This document shows, piece by piece, positions 1 through 9,097 of a stretch of 64,000 bases of DNA. The notes below the pieces were generated by a model that was not told the origin of the DNA, ran no database searches, and was given only the letters and a program-made list of their open reading frames with translations. This DNA is from Candidatus Enterousia sp. (lineage in GTDB: Bacteria; Pseudomonadota; Alphaproteobacteria; Rs-D84). Position 1 is the first letter of the stretch. Each line of letters starts with the position of its first letter. Made by a program: the position numbers and the translations under genes. The DNA is taken from assembly GCA_045648925.1 (NCBI GenBank), contig JAZROY010000009.1:1062-65061 (forward strand), written 5' to 3'.

Positions 1-291
1 CAGTGGTTTGCGTGCGTTTAATAATTCGCGGTATTTTTGTTCAAATTCACCCCACGCAAGTTTTTTATCTTTATAATTAGCCAAAAATTCTCCGCTTGGT
101 GCAAATTCTGGATGATATTCATAACGACCGCCAAGCACTGCCATCAAATTATCACCATTATAATACGGGACATAGGTGCTGGTCCGCCAAAGTCGAATAT
201 CCCACACACAACTTATGCGCGCCGCTGACAGCACTTCCAGAAAAACTTCTGGTCTTTTGCCACTAAAACCAATCGTAAATATCTTTGTCAT
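1..291 (-). CDS. DUF488 family protein, runs off the left edge (not in ORF track)
   Basis: Manual minus-strand translation from ATG at 291: MTKIFTIGFSGKRPEVFLEVLSAARISCVWDIRLWRTSTYVPYYNGDNL..., a close paralogue of 41875-42300. Confidence 0.85.
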   Translation of the reverse strand, partial: MTKIFTIGFSGKRPEVFLEVLSAARISCVWDIRLWRTSTYVPYYNGDNLMAVLGGRYEYHPEFAPSGEFLANYKDKKLAWGEFEQKYRELLNARKPL

Positions 292-490
292 ATCAGTATA
301 AAAATAGCCCATTTAGCATCAAATAGCAATGATTTTCCTGAATCAAAAATTTACGCGCCAGGCCAATTCTGCAATGTATAAAACTCTATTTTTTTAATGC
401 GATTTTGCTAAAAAAAGTTGTATTTCTGTTTATTTTGAATAAAATCAATCGCGGCTATAACAGAATACAGAAAACATACATGGAATAATT

Positions 491-1921
491 ATGCAAATTA
501 CACATATAAAATTCAAAAATCATCCGATATTATCAAATTTAGAATTAAATTTTTGTGATGACCAAGGCATTCCCTATGACACCATTGTCTTGGCTGGTGA
601 AAATGGTTGTGGCAAAACAACAATATTGAAATTTATAAGCAATCTATTCAAAAACATATCATCATTTTTGAGCCGAAATTTAGATTACGATTTTTCTATA
701 GATTTTTATTTATCAGAACAAGAACAAAAAGACATAAAAGATATTTTACATCGTGATGGTGTCCAAGTTAACAATACTGAATTATCTAATTTAATAAACA
801 TCACATACAATCATTCTTTTGATAAAATAAACGATAAACTTTCTTCAACTTTTCCTTCGCCATTTCGGTTTAATATAATCGCTGTGCATATCTATAAGTG
901 TTTGTATTCTGTATGTTTAGATACAGATGTAAACTTTCAGACAGAAAATATTAAATCCATAGGTGCAACAGAATTGGACAGAGATCTGGATAAAATAAGA
1001 AATACTCATCCCAAAATAATAGCGAACGATTTAAAACAATTACTTGTAGATATAGCATCACAAGACAATGAAGATCTTGGTACATGGGTCGATGAACATC
1101 CAAACATGGTGCCTCCTGCGGATATCAAAAAGCAACGAATTTCTAGATTTACTGACGCTTTTAACAGTGTATTTGATGATATAAAATTTGATAGAATCAA
1201 GACATTTAATGAAGCTAAACAAGTTGTATTTAACAAAAAAGGCAAAGAGATTTCCATAGACGAACTTAGTTCTGGCGAAAAACAAATTGTTTTCAGGGGT
1301 GGCTATATTCTTAGGGATATGGTTTCTATTAAAGGTGAAGTGGTGTTGATAGACGAACCAGAAATAAGCATGCATCCGAAATGGCAGAATAAAATATTAA
1401 ATTTTTACAAAAAACTTATTACTGATGAAACAGGCAAACAAACATCACAAATGTTTGTGGCAACACATTCTGAACATGTTATAAAAAATGCCTATAAAAG
1501 CAACGATCTGATTTTGGTTTTGTCTAATTCTGATACTGGTATAACAGCTACCCCAATTAAAAATTTACGAACATTCAACTTTAGTCCTACATATTCAGAA
1601 ATAAAATATTTTGCATTTAATATTCCATCAACAGAATTTCATGATGAACTGTATGGATATATAAAAGAAAAGAATAATCTTTCCCAAGAGATAAATGTAG
1701 AAAACTTTTTTGTTGAACATGGAATTCAAAAAACAAAAAAATGGGCACGTATGCAAAACGGTATTTTTGGCAATGCTGCCCCCGTTACACTGATGACATA
1801 TATACGCAATGTAATTCATCATCCCGAAGCGGCTAATGCTAATAACAACCCACTAGGCAAGTGTTCTTTTACGGATACAGAGCTTGAACAATCCATACAA
1901 CAAATGTTGCAATATATTTAA
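491..1921 (+). CDS. ABC/AAA-type ATPase with C-terminal HEPN-like motif (PrrC/RloC-like architecture)
   Basis: Walker A GENGCGKTT, signature LSSGEKQ, Walker B LIDEPE, H-loop ATHS; C-terminal RNVIHH fits Rx4H. Confidence 0.75.
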   Translation: MQITHIKFKNHPILSNLELNFCDDQGIPYDTIVLAGENGCGKTTILKFISNLFKNISSFLSRNLDYDFSIDFYLSEQEQKDIKDILHRDGVQVNNTELSNLINITYNHSFDKINDKLSSTFPSPFRFNIIAVHIYKCLYSVCLDTDVNFQTENIKSIGATELDRDLDKIRNTHPKIIANDLKQLLVDIASQDNEDLGTWVDEHPNMVPPADIKKQRISRFTDAFNSVFDDIKFDRIKTFNEAKQVVFNKKGKEISIDELSSGEKQIVFRGGYILRDMVSIKGEVVLIDEPEISMHPKWQNKILNFYKKLITDETGKQTSQMFVATHSEHVIKNAYKSNDLILVLSNSDTGITATPIKNLRTFNFSPTYSEIKYFAFNIPSTEFHDELYGYIKEKNNLSQEINVENFFVEHGIQKTKKWARMQNGIFGNAAPVTLMTYIRNVIHHPEAANANNNPLGKCSFTDTELEQSIQQMLQYI

Positions 1922-2083
1922 ATTTTTTAATTATGATATCATAAAGCAGTGCATAGAATATGCTAAAAACTTTCTATTTGTTGCTCTGTGTTTTTGATAA
2001 AAACACACTATGGTACACTGCTGGGTATGATTACATGGCAAAAATCGCAGAAATTTAAGTCCTATAAAATGTTTAAAAAGTCC

Positions 2084-2112
2084 TTGACTTGTGCGGATTT
2101 TAGGTATAATAT
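2084..2112 (+). promoter_or_regulatory. sigma70-type promoter of tRNA-Asn
   Basis: TTGACT 2084-2089 with TATAAT 2105-2110 (15-nt spacer) or TAATAT 2107-2112 (17-nt spacer), just upstream of the tRNA. Confidence 0.6.
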
Positions 2113-2124
2113 AGGGTCTGTTAT

Positions 2125-2200
2125 TCGGGCATAGTTCAGTCGGTAGAACAACGGACTGTTAATCCGTATGTCACTGGTTCGAGTCCAGTTGCCCGAGCCA
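2125..2200 (+). tRNA. tRNA-Asn(GTT)
   Basis: 76-nt cloverleaf: acceptor TCGGGCA/TGCCCGA, anticodon arm ACGGA-CTGTTAA-TCCGT, GGTTCGAGTCC T-arm, encoded CCA. Confidence 0.97.
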
Positions 2201-2202
2201 AG
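2151..2202 (+). repeat. attL of element A (3' part of tRNA-Asn)
   Basis: Identical to 22475-22526. Confidence 0.95.
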
Positions 2203-2208
2203 ATTTCC

Positions 2209-2238
2209 AAGGGTTTCAGACGAAACCCTTTTCTTTTT
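2209..2238 (+). terminator. Intrinsic terminator after tRNA-Asn
   Basis: AAGGGTTTC-agac-GAAACCCTT followed by T-rich tract. Confidence 0.75.
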
Positions 2239-2247
2239 GCAAATCTT

Positions 2248-2274
2248 TATTCTATGGATATTCTATGAACGGCA
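2248..2274 (+). repeat. Integrase arm-type sites, left arm of element A
   Basis: TATTCTATGgaTATTCTATGaacggca, nearly identical to 22329-22355. Confidence 0.75.
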
Positions 2275-2401
2275 GTATGTTGCATTAAACATCATTAAAC
2301 TTCTCTACCCCGCAATAATCCGCCACAAATATGACATATCACAAAATTTATCATTTTATGAAAAGCATTGATAAAAAGTCTTTTATACCTATATATACAA
2401 C

Positions 2402-3370
2402 ATGACAAAACAAAATCCATCTTCACAAATAAAACGACACAAAGACCATTTCGTGCCACAGGTTTATTTACGACGTTTTGTGGACAATCAGACAAATAAA
2501 TTGCATATTTATGACAGACAAAAAAATCTGTGGTTTGAGGCTCCTCCAAAACGCGTATGTTTTGAATTTGGTTGGGACAAATTGAATTCTGACGGTACAG
2601 ACACTTACTTGTACGACAATCTTAAAGTATTAGAACCTGCGTTAACCGCTTTTTTAACAGCTTTTGAAACAAACGCCATATCTAATAAAGACCGTTATTA
2701 CTTTTCAACCTGGTTGGCAATATTGTTCTCATTATCACCTAAAAAAACAAATTATGACACTGCGTTTTTACAAAAACTGGTTAAGGACGCAAATTTGCAA
2801 ATAAACGTTGATAAATACGAAACAAAACAAATGAACATGGAAAAAGTGAAAGAAATTGCTCTAACATTGTATACATACGACTGGCGTATAATATATAATT
2901 ACACAGACATGCCATTTATAACATGTGATTTTCCTGCACATCACTATTGCTTAAACGACAATTTTGACCCAGAGCACCAACCGTTTGGAATAGCACTTGA
3001 CCCAACACACTTTTTAAAAATAACACCTAAAATACCGCTCTTAATAGACCGTTCAAAAGATTATACAGAACACAAACCAGGCACATTAACTCGTGGATAC
3101 ATAAAACATGGCCGATATTTCCGAAAAACAGTATCAAGAATCAACGAACATGCTATTTTTAACGCAGAACGCTTTATAATATCCTCTTATATTGATAAAG
3201 GATTAATACAGTTTGTAAAAAACAGAAAAAACAAAACAACAAAACTTTACGCGACTGTTTTGAAAACCCCTAATGGCACAACGATTAAAACCAGGCTAAA
3301 AAATAATTTTGAAAACGTGCCTGTCATCATAACCAAAAAATTTGCAAAAAAGTTAGCTAAGACTTTGTAA
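2402..3370 (+). CDS. DUF4238 domain protein
   Basis: N-terminal HFVPQVYLRRF motif typical of DUF4238. Confidence 0.75.
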   Translation: MTKQNPSSQIKRHKDHFVPQVYLRRFVDNQTNKLHIYDRQKNLWFEAPPKRVCFEFGWDKLNSDGTDTYLYDNLKVLEPALTAFLTAFETNAISNKDRYYFSTWLAILFSLSPKKTNYDTAFLQKLVKDANLQINVDKYETKQMNMEKVKEIALTLYTYDWRIIYNYTDMPFITCDFPAHHYCLNDNFDPEHQPFGIALDPTHFLKITPKIPLLIDRSKDYTEHKPGTLTRGYIKHGRYFRKTVSRINEHAIFNAERFIISSYIDKGLIQFVKNRKNKTTKLYATVLKTPNGTTIKTRLKNNFENVPVIITKKFAKKLAKTL

Positions 3371-3470
3371 CACACTTTTTGACTTCTTCTAAACGTTTAA
3401 AATTTAACACAAATGATTGAAAACCTATGGATTTGTGCTATATCATACATAATAAAACAAAGGTTGAATC

Positions 3471-4205
3471 ATGAATCGCGACAATATAAGATTACCTGAA
3501 TTACGCTCTATATCATACACATTGCGGGACGCCTGTGAGCATTTAGCTTTTGGTCAAAAAACACTTAGGGAACAAGACCCAAAACCTGGCGAAATCGCAA
3601 TGCTGTGTGAGTTTTGGAAACGCACCAATCAATTTGATAGATATTTGTTAGAACCAGGGCATAACAGATATGACAAGGACGTACAAAGAGCTAGCAATGC
3701 GTTATATACCCTATTAAAAAATGGCACAATCATAGCAACATACAATGGACAAATCATACAACCAGAGACATGGCAAAACGAACTTAATCCTCTCGACATG
3801 TTAACCAATACCAATCCTTATCAAAATATAAAAATTGATGCAAAACAATTAGATATGGTGGCTCCCGTTAAACAATATACTGTTACACTCAAAAACAATG
3901 GGGGCCTTTATATTAATGACGGTGACACCGACACTAAAATATCTCAAACATACCCAGGTCACAAGAATTATGAATGGTTGAAGTTTTATTTTGAGCACCC
4001 AAAGTGTAAAATATCTAAACAAATTGTAATTAAACGTTTTAACAATACTGAATACAAATACGAAGAAGACGATAAAATTTCCCAGTGCGTATTCGCCGCA
4101 TTCAGCAAGAAAGCACCGTTAATGCATTGTTGTTTTCCTATTTGTGGTACAAAAGAGGTTTGTTGCACGCCCACATTTACAAGTACAGACATATTTATGT
4201 CTTGA
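3471..4205 (+). CDS. Hypothetical protein
   Basis: 244-aa ORF with no recognisable motif, followed by a terminator. Confidence 0.6.
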   Translation: MNRDNIRLPELRSISYTLRDACEHLAFGQKTLREQDPKPGEIAMLCEFWKRTNQFDRYLLEPGHNRYDKDVQRASNALYTLLKNGTIIATYNGQIIQPETWQNELNPLDMLTNTNPYQNIKIDAKQLDMVAPVKQYTVTLKNNGGLYINDGDTDTKISQTYPGHKNYEWLKFYFEHPKCKISKQIVIKRFNNTEYKYEEDDKISQCVFAAFSKKAPLMHCCFPICGTKEVCCTPTFTSTDIFMS

Positions 4206-4232
4206 TTAAGAATAATAACTATTAAACCACTC

Positions 4233-4258
4233 AGCGGTTGCATTTAAGCCGCTTTTTT
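4233..4258 (+). terminator. Intrinsic terminator
   Basis: AGCGGTT...AGCCGCT stem followed by T-run. Confidence 0.65.
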
Positions 4259-4362
4259 ATTGTAAAAAATAGCACTTTATTAACAAAAACTATTTTTCCC
4301 ACATAAACAAAATTCATCGCTATACTCCGAATGTAATCAAACAGAATCGAAAGGTATAAACG

Positions 4363-4572
4363 ATGATGGAAATAAATTTAAACAATCATTTAATGGACCA
4401 AAAAACCGCGGCATCCTATTTGGGTACCACTGTTGGTTCATTAAATGTGTGGCGAGCAACAGGGAAACATAAAATTCCATACGTTCGCTTTGGTCATTGC
4501 ATAAGATACAAAAAAGAAGATTTGGACGCTTGGATAGATGCACACACATTAAACAAGAATCCAACGGTATAA
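4363..4572 (+). CDS. Excisionase-like HTH (HTH_17/MerR-like) of element A
   Basis: LMDQKTAASYLG...LNVWR...IPYVRFGHCIRYKKEDLDAW winged-HTH pattern. Confidence 0.85.
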   Translation: MMEINLNNHLMDQKTAASYLGTTVGSLNVWRATGKHKIPYVRFGHCIRYKKEDLDAWIDAHTLNKNPTV

Positions 4573-4583
4573 AAAAATACCAA

Positions 4584-4988
4584 CGTTCTGTATTTTCGTC
4601 GTAAGAGAGCCTGGCGTTTAAAACCGGGTGAGCCGCTTACAGCCACTGGGTACAGAACGATAAAGCACTTACAGGGGATTTCGTGAGGTGCAGGCAGGTT
4701 TGTGAGCAAGGATGCCTCGAAAGGTTTATCAAGAAACCAAAAGCCTTGCAGTTGATTATTCGGCTTGAAGAAGCACACTGAAACGAAGTAAGCGTGAAAA
4801 CCGCTGAAGCGTGTTGATGACGAATAGACTTAGGTAGGCGTGAGCCGCAAAAAGACGCAAGTCCTGACACTATGCACGCCCTTGATGGAACCTATTGGCT
4901 GGAATTCAAAAATAGGGAACAAATCTTTTTTTGGGTTCCAGTCGGTAGGGGTTACTGTATCTCCTTCTGATAGAGTATGAGTAACCCC
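4584..4988 (+). ncRNA. Candidate large structured non-coding RNA / cis element
   Basis: No credible ORF; dense nested stems (4584-92/4651-59, 4948-56/4980-88, 4827-31/4859-63) and GNRA hairpins GGC-GTGA-GCC and GAC-GCAA-GTC; visibly more GC-rich than flanks. Confidence 0.55.
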
Positions 4989-5024
4989 GCAGAACAAACT
5001 TTAACAAAACAAAAAGGATTAAAA

Positions 5025-5348
5025 ATGGCAAATTACAATCCTGATACATCTGGTTTAATATCGTTGGCAGACAGACCGAACAACGAAAGAACAACGATAG
5101 CAACACAAGGTGGTATCGCTTCTGGAAAAAAACGAGCAGAAATAAAACGAATGTCTGAGATTGTTATGGGGCTTCGTCAAGAAAGCGAAGAAGACCCTGT
5201 TGCAAAATCTATAAAGTTTTTATTTTTTGATTTGACCAATCCTCTAACATCAATACCTGATACTGTAAAAGGGTTAAAATTTATAAAAGAACTCTGTGAA
5301 GAAGACCCCTCTAATCCGCCTTGCAATAAAACAGATGATGAATTGTGA
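5025..5348 (+). CDS. Phage terminase small subunit-like protein (KGG-type N-terminal motif)
   Basis: LISLADRPNNERTTIATQGGIASGKKRAEIKRMSE resembles the phage motif NLIP..ER...EIARKGGIASG..RR; AAGGA RBS before ATG 5025. Confidence 0.55.
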   Translation: MANYNPDTSGLISLADRPNNERTTIATQGGIASGKKRAEIKRMSEIVMGLRQESEEDPVAKSIKFLFFDLTNPLTSIPDTVKGLKFIKELCEEDPSNPPCNKTDDEL

Positions 5349-5387
5349 TAGTAAAACTTTTATCGCAATACGTTAATTATTACGTTT

Positions 5388-5915
5388 CTACACAGATAAT
5401 CGTGTTAACCGAACACCTTGATACATAAAATGGTCTGCACCACGAACAACGGGGGGCAAAAAATGTTTGTCCATATCTTTATAAAGTTTTAACGCCAATT
5501 GCGATAATGTATATTTTATACCATTATATTCAACTTCACATTTCCCGATAACTGTTACCTTGATATTAGGGTCGCCAACAAATGTTAAAATATCACCATC
5601 TTTAATACCTACTCTATACATACTAAATGGTGGTTTTGTTTTTTGCGGATTGAATGCATGTTTGGCCGCGACGGCCGACATTGTATATAATTCTGTTTCG
5701 CCAACACGATATTTTTCAAGCCACAACAATGTACCATCTGCATCACTTTCTGTATCAAAAACCTTTTTATAATATGGTTTTAATCCAAACACATTTTTAT
5801 AACCATTTACAGAAAAATCGTGCATTAACGCATCATAATTATCTGGTGTGGTTTTACCTAACTTAACAAGTCCACGAACAGAAGTCGTCATAATATACAG
5901 GATGCATTTTGCCAT
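5388..5915 (-). CDS. T5orf172/GIY-YIG-like nuclease with C-terminal RAMA-like domain (copy 1)
   Basis: LYIMTT...VKLGKT N-terminus; GIKDGDILTF...EYNG..TLSQLA...GADHFMYQG..L C-terminus. Confidence 0.7.
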   Translation of the reverse strand: MAKCILYIMTTSVRGLVKLGKTTPDNYDALMHDFSVNGYKNVFGLKPYYKKVFDTESDADGTLLWLEKYRVGETELYTMSAVAAKHAFNPQKTKPPFSMYRVGIKDGDILTFVGDPNIKVTVIGKCEVEYNGIKYTLSQLALKLYKDMDKHFLPPVVRGADHFMYQGVRLTRLSV

Positions 5916-5984
5916 TACTTAATCCTTTGTTTAAATATTATTTTTGACCAATTTTCGAAATCTTTAACATTTTTTAATGTGTAT

Positions 5985-6452
5985 TTAATCTAAACGTTTT
6001 TGTAATTTAATTTCCCAACATTTTGGCAAATTCAAATCATTTTTTTTAGTTGTAATACTAATAGATGAAATTTTATACTTCGCGGTTACATTCGTATAAC
6101 CTTTATGAAAAACAACTGTATCGTAATGCTTATTATAAAACCGTTTATTCCAATACTTAGAACATTCACGATATTCTGATGTCTTTTTGCCAGATACAAT
6201 TTTATCAAACCAACGGTGCTGTAAAACAAGATGTAATTCATTTATATTTTTATCAGAAACACACGCAAGAATTAATGCAATAATCCATGTTATACCAAAA
6301 AAAACACCAAGCCACGACAAAATAGTTATCGCGGTCAAATTGCTACCCCTAACACCCTTTCCCTTTGCAATACTTATCGGCACATTTATTATTGTGTAAA
6401 AAAGCCATAATAAAATAACTATTAATAAAACTTCCCAAAAACCACCTCGCAT
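5985..6452 (-). CDS. Superinfection-immunity (Imm)-like membrane domain fused to ASCH/PUA domain
   Basis: N-terminal two hydrophobic segments ...SNLTAITILSWLGVFFGITWIIALILA; C-terminal LHLVLQHRWFDKIVSGKKTSEYRE..YW..RF..YDTVVFHKGY. Confidence 0.6.
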   Translation of the reverse strand: MRGGFWEVLLIVILLWLFYTIINVPISIAKGKGVRGSNLTAITILSWLGVFFGITWIIALILACVSDKNINELHLVLQHRWFDKIVSGKKTSEYRECSKYWNKRFYNKHYDTVVFHKGYTNVTAKYKISSISITTKKNDLNLPKCWEIKLQKRLD

Positions 6453-6463
6453 CTCATCCTCCT

Positions 6464-7060
6464 TTATAATTTTGTTAATCTGGTCCCTTTATACAAGAAA
6501 TAATTAGCCCCCTGATATCTCTTACTAGGGTTTGCCTTACCCATGTCTTCATAAAATTTCAGTGCCAGCGGTGACAGTTTATATATAACACCATTATATT
6601 CCACTTCGCGTTCACCAACGACCTTGACCTTTATGCTGTGGTCATCAACAAATGTCAATATGTCACCTTTCTTAATTCCATGTTCATACATATTAAACAA
6701 CTGCCCCTTCTTTCTGGTGGCTGCAATTTGTTTTATTTGAACAGTCTTTGGCGTTCCATCTTTTGGAAATATTACATTACCAGAGAAAGCCAACAACAGC
6801 TGCTTTGCCTTATCTGGTTCCATGGAATACAATTCACTACTCCCAAGCCGTATAAACGTGAATAAATCCTTTAACAACCCTTCAGTTTCTTCATAATTTT
6901 CAATCTCTATTGCAAAATATGGTTTTAGCCCCGATACATTTGCATAACCATTTTGTGATAAATGACGCATCCGTTCTGGATAGTTTTTGGTGTTTGCGAT
7001 ACCGATTTTTATCACTCCAGACACAGACGTTGTCATAATATAAAGAACACCTTTTGCCAT
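6464..7060 (-). CDS. T5orf172/GIY-YIG-like nuclease with RAMA-like domain (copy 2)
   Basis: MAKGVLYIMTTSVSGVIKIG; paralogue of 5388-5915. Confidence 0.72.
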   Translation of the reverse strand: MAKGVLYIMTTSVSGVIKIGIANTKNYPERMRHLSQNGYANVSGLKPYFAIEIENYEETEGLLKDLFTFIRLGSSELYSMEPDKAKQLLLAFSGNVIFPKDGTPKTVQIKQIAATRKKGQLFNMYEHGIKKGDILTFVDDHSIKVKVVGEREVEYNGVIYKLSPLALKFYEDMGKANPSKRYQGANYFLYKGTRLTKL

Positions 7061-7089
7061 TGTTTGCTCCTTTATTTGTCAGTTGTGTT

Positions 7090-8016
7090 TTACAAATACT
7101 TTTTAAATGTTTTTTTCATTTTCAACATAGTATCAACCAACCAATTAAATTGTTCTGGCCATTGGTTTTTATCTTCAAAATCAGCCTTCCTTGCTGCGAT
7201 AATTCTGCTTCCTTTTTTATCAGGCAACTCTTTCCATTCAAATTTTAAACCTGTGTCTGCTTCTATCTCTTTTTTATGTTGCAGCAAAGAATCAAACAAA
7301 CTTTTATCATCATCAATGTACAATTCAACGTTTAATTCATTACGCTTCTGAATTCTTGAAACTGCTAAATGAGCCCCAGAAAAACCAATACTGAAATTTT
7401 TCCAGTGGTCAAAAGATGGTTTTCTGCGTCTAAAATTCTCTGCAAACACTTTGTTTTGAAACGCATAATCTTGAAAATCCACCCAAAAATCGTAACGTTT
7501 TTGTTCTGTTTCGTTGCTGGTATTATTTTTCTTCATTTCTTTGGACCAATCGTTTGGCTGTTCAACAACTTCAAATTTAACCGCTGGTTCTGATTGACCG
7601 ATTTTATACAACTTTATTTCGCAAAGAAAAAAATTAATACCTTTATCTGTGTGAGCATTAAGCCATTCGATTGCGGACCTGTGTTCTTCCCTTGCACGTT
7701 TTACAACCCATATAACAATATCAGCAGATTTACCAGATGCATATGTAATTAATTTTCCTAAATGTTCGTGATTGGTATCTTCTAACTGATTTTCAATAAT
7801 AATTTTACGGTCTGTACCAGTTTCATAGGCGTATATGTCTGCACGATAGCCACCAACTGGTGTTTCCGTTCCATTTACAGAAATATCTATGCCGACAGCA
7901 TCTGAAAGCAATGCAATGTTGTCATCACTTGCCAACCAAGGCGTAAAATCTAATGCTTCCTTTGGCCATATTTTTCTCAAATCACGAATTTCTTCCAATT
8001 TATTTAATTTCATCAT
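7090..8016 (-). CDS. DUF4268 protein with N-terminal PD-(D/E)XK (NucS-like) nuclease domain
   Basis: RADIYAYE...IIIENQLEDTNHEHLGKLITY catalytic-like pattern; DUF4268-like C-terminus. Confidence 0.8.
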   Translation of the reverse strand: MMKLNKLEEIRDLRKIWPKEALDFTPWLASDDNIALLSDAVGIDISVNGTETPVGGYRADIYAYETGTDRKIIIENQLEDTNHEHLGKLITYASGKSADIVIWVVKRAREEHRSAIEWLNAHTDKGINFFLCEIKLYKIGQSEPAVKFEVVEQPNDWSKEMKKNNTSNETEQKRYDFWVDFQDYAFQNKVFAENFRRRKPSFDHWKNFSIGFSGAHLAVSRIQKRNELNVELYIDDDKSLFDSLLQHKKEIEADTGLKFEWKELPDKKGSRIIAARKADFEDKNQWPEQFNWLVDTMLKMKKTFKKYL

Positions 8017-8031
8017 TGTTTTTTCCTTTGT

Positions 8032-8319
8032 TTATAAGTAATGCAAAATTACACTGATAACAATTGCAACGGCAGATGTCCATATCGCCAATTTTGCCAA
8101 AAATTTACTATCCTGGGCCACTTTCAAACTCTGTTGGGCAATTTCATTATTCTTCTTGGTTTCTTCAACAGCAGCTTGGGATAACTGCTTCATTTCGGCG
8201 TTATACTGCTGCAATTGGCTTTCCTTAACATCTTGAATATGCTGTTGACGCTCTTGTTCTTTCACATAATCAGCATAACCTTGTGCCGTATTAAATTGAG
8301 GCTTACCAGAACCAAACAT
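8032..8319 (-). CDS. Small coiled-coil protein with C-terminal transmembrane helix
   Basis: Q/E-rich helix then LAIWTSAVAIVISVILHYL. Confidence 0.55.
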   Translation of the reverse strand: MFGSGKPQFNTAQGYADYVKEQERQQHIQDVKESQLQQYNAEMKQLSQAAVEETKKNNEIAQQSLKVAQDSKFLAKLAIWTSAVAIVISVILHYL

Positions 8320-8368
8320 TTTTTACTTCTCCCAACTTCGACTATAAATCGTATTAAAACGATATTTT

Positions 8369-9097
8369 TTATTTATCCCAATTTTGATAACTTAAAATAA
8401 ACCTGTTCAAATCTGCTTTAGTTGATTGCCACTTGGGCAGATTGGCGTTCAGAATTTGTATAAACCTTTCGTTATGCGTTCTTTCTATTAGGTGTATCAG
8501 TTCATGAACAACAACATATTCTATACAAACAATCGGTTTTTTTGCTAATTCCAGGTTAAAAAGGATAGTCTTATTTTTATGATTACAAGTTCCCCACTTA
8601 GTTTTCATTTCTTTGATTTGCCAAGTTTTTGCTTGAACATTTAACTTCTTTTGCCATGCTTCCACCAATTCTGTAAGAACAGGTTTTAATTCCTGTCGCA
8701 ACCAATCATTAAATACTTCCGATTTCTTATCGGAACTTGTATCAGGTCTTGTTTGCAATATTATTTTTGTCTTGCCTTTTAAAAACACTTTGGGCGGTTC
8801 GTTTTTGTATATTAGTTCAAGTTTATATTTTCTACCCATAAAGTATACCGCTTCGCCAGATACATATTCTCTTTTTGTTTGTCGTTCCTGTGCTTTAAAA
8901 TTCTTTTGTTGTTGTTTTATCCACGGCAATTTAACTGCAAGCATAGACCTAATTGCATTTTCATTCATATCTAATGGTGCAGAAACTCTTACCCTGCCAT
9001 CAGGGGGCAAAACCGCCAAATGCAGGTGTTTGATTGGTTTGTAAACAACCAACGCTTCAATACTGCCCAGTTGTAAATATGAACTAGAATTCACCAT
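8369..9097 (-). CDS. M48/YgjP (DUF45) metallopeptidase-like protein associated with Type I R-M
   Basis: VVVHELIHL (HExxH), KWGTC; overlaps hsdR stop. Confidence 0.88.
   Translation of the reverse strand: MVNSSSYLQLGSIEALVVYKPIKHLHLAVLPPDGRVRVSAPLDMNENAIRSMLAVKLPWIKQQQKNFKAQERQTKREYVSGEAVYFMGRKYKLELIYKNEPPKVFLKGKTKIILQTRPDTSSDKKSEVFNDWLRQELKPVLTELVEAWQKKLNVQAKTWQIKEMKTKWGTCNHKNKTILFNLELAKKPIVCIEYVVVHELIHLIERTHNERFIQILNANLPKWQSTKADLNRFILSYQNWDK

Noticed and set aside
37-228. 63-aa plus-strand ORF in the track
   Set aside because: Shadow of the minus-strand DUF488 gene (1-291)
4584-4988. Retron msr-msd or group II intron
   Set aside because: No reverse transcriptase in the window; GAGCCG occurs but no domain V hairpin follows
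4494-5106. Minus-strand ORFs 4494-4778, 4637-4870 and 4906-5106
   Set aside because: No motifs or RBS; they overlap xis, the structured region and the TerS-like gene, so they are likely spurious
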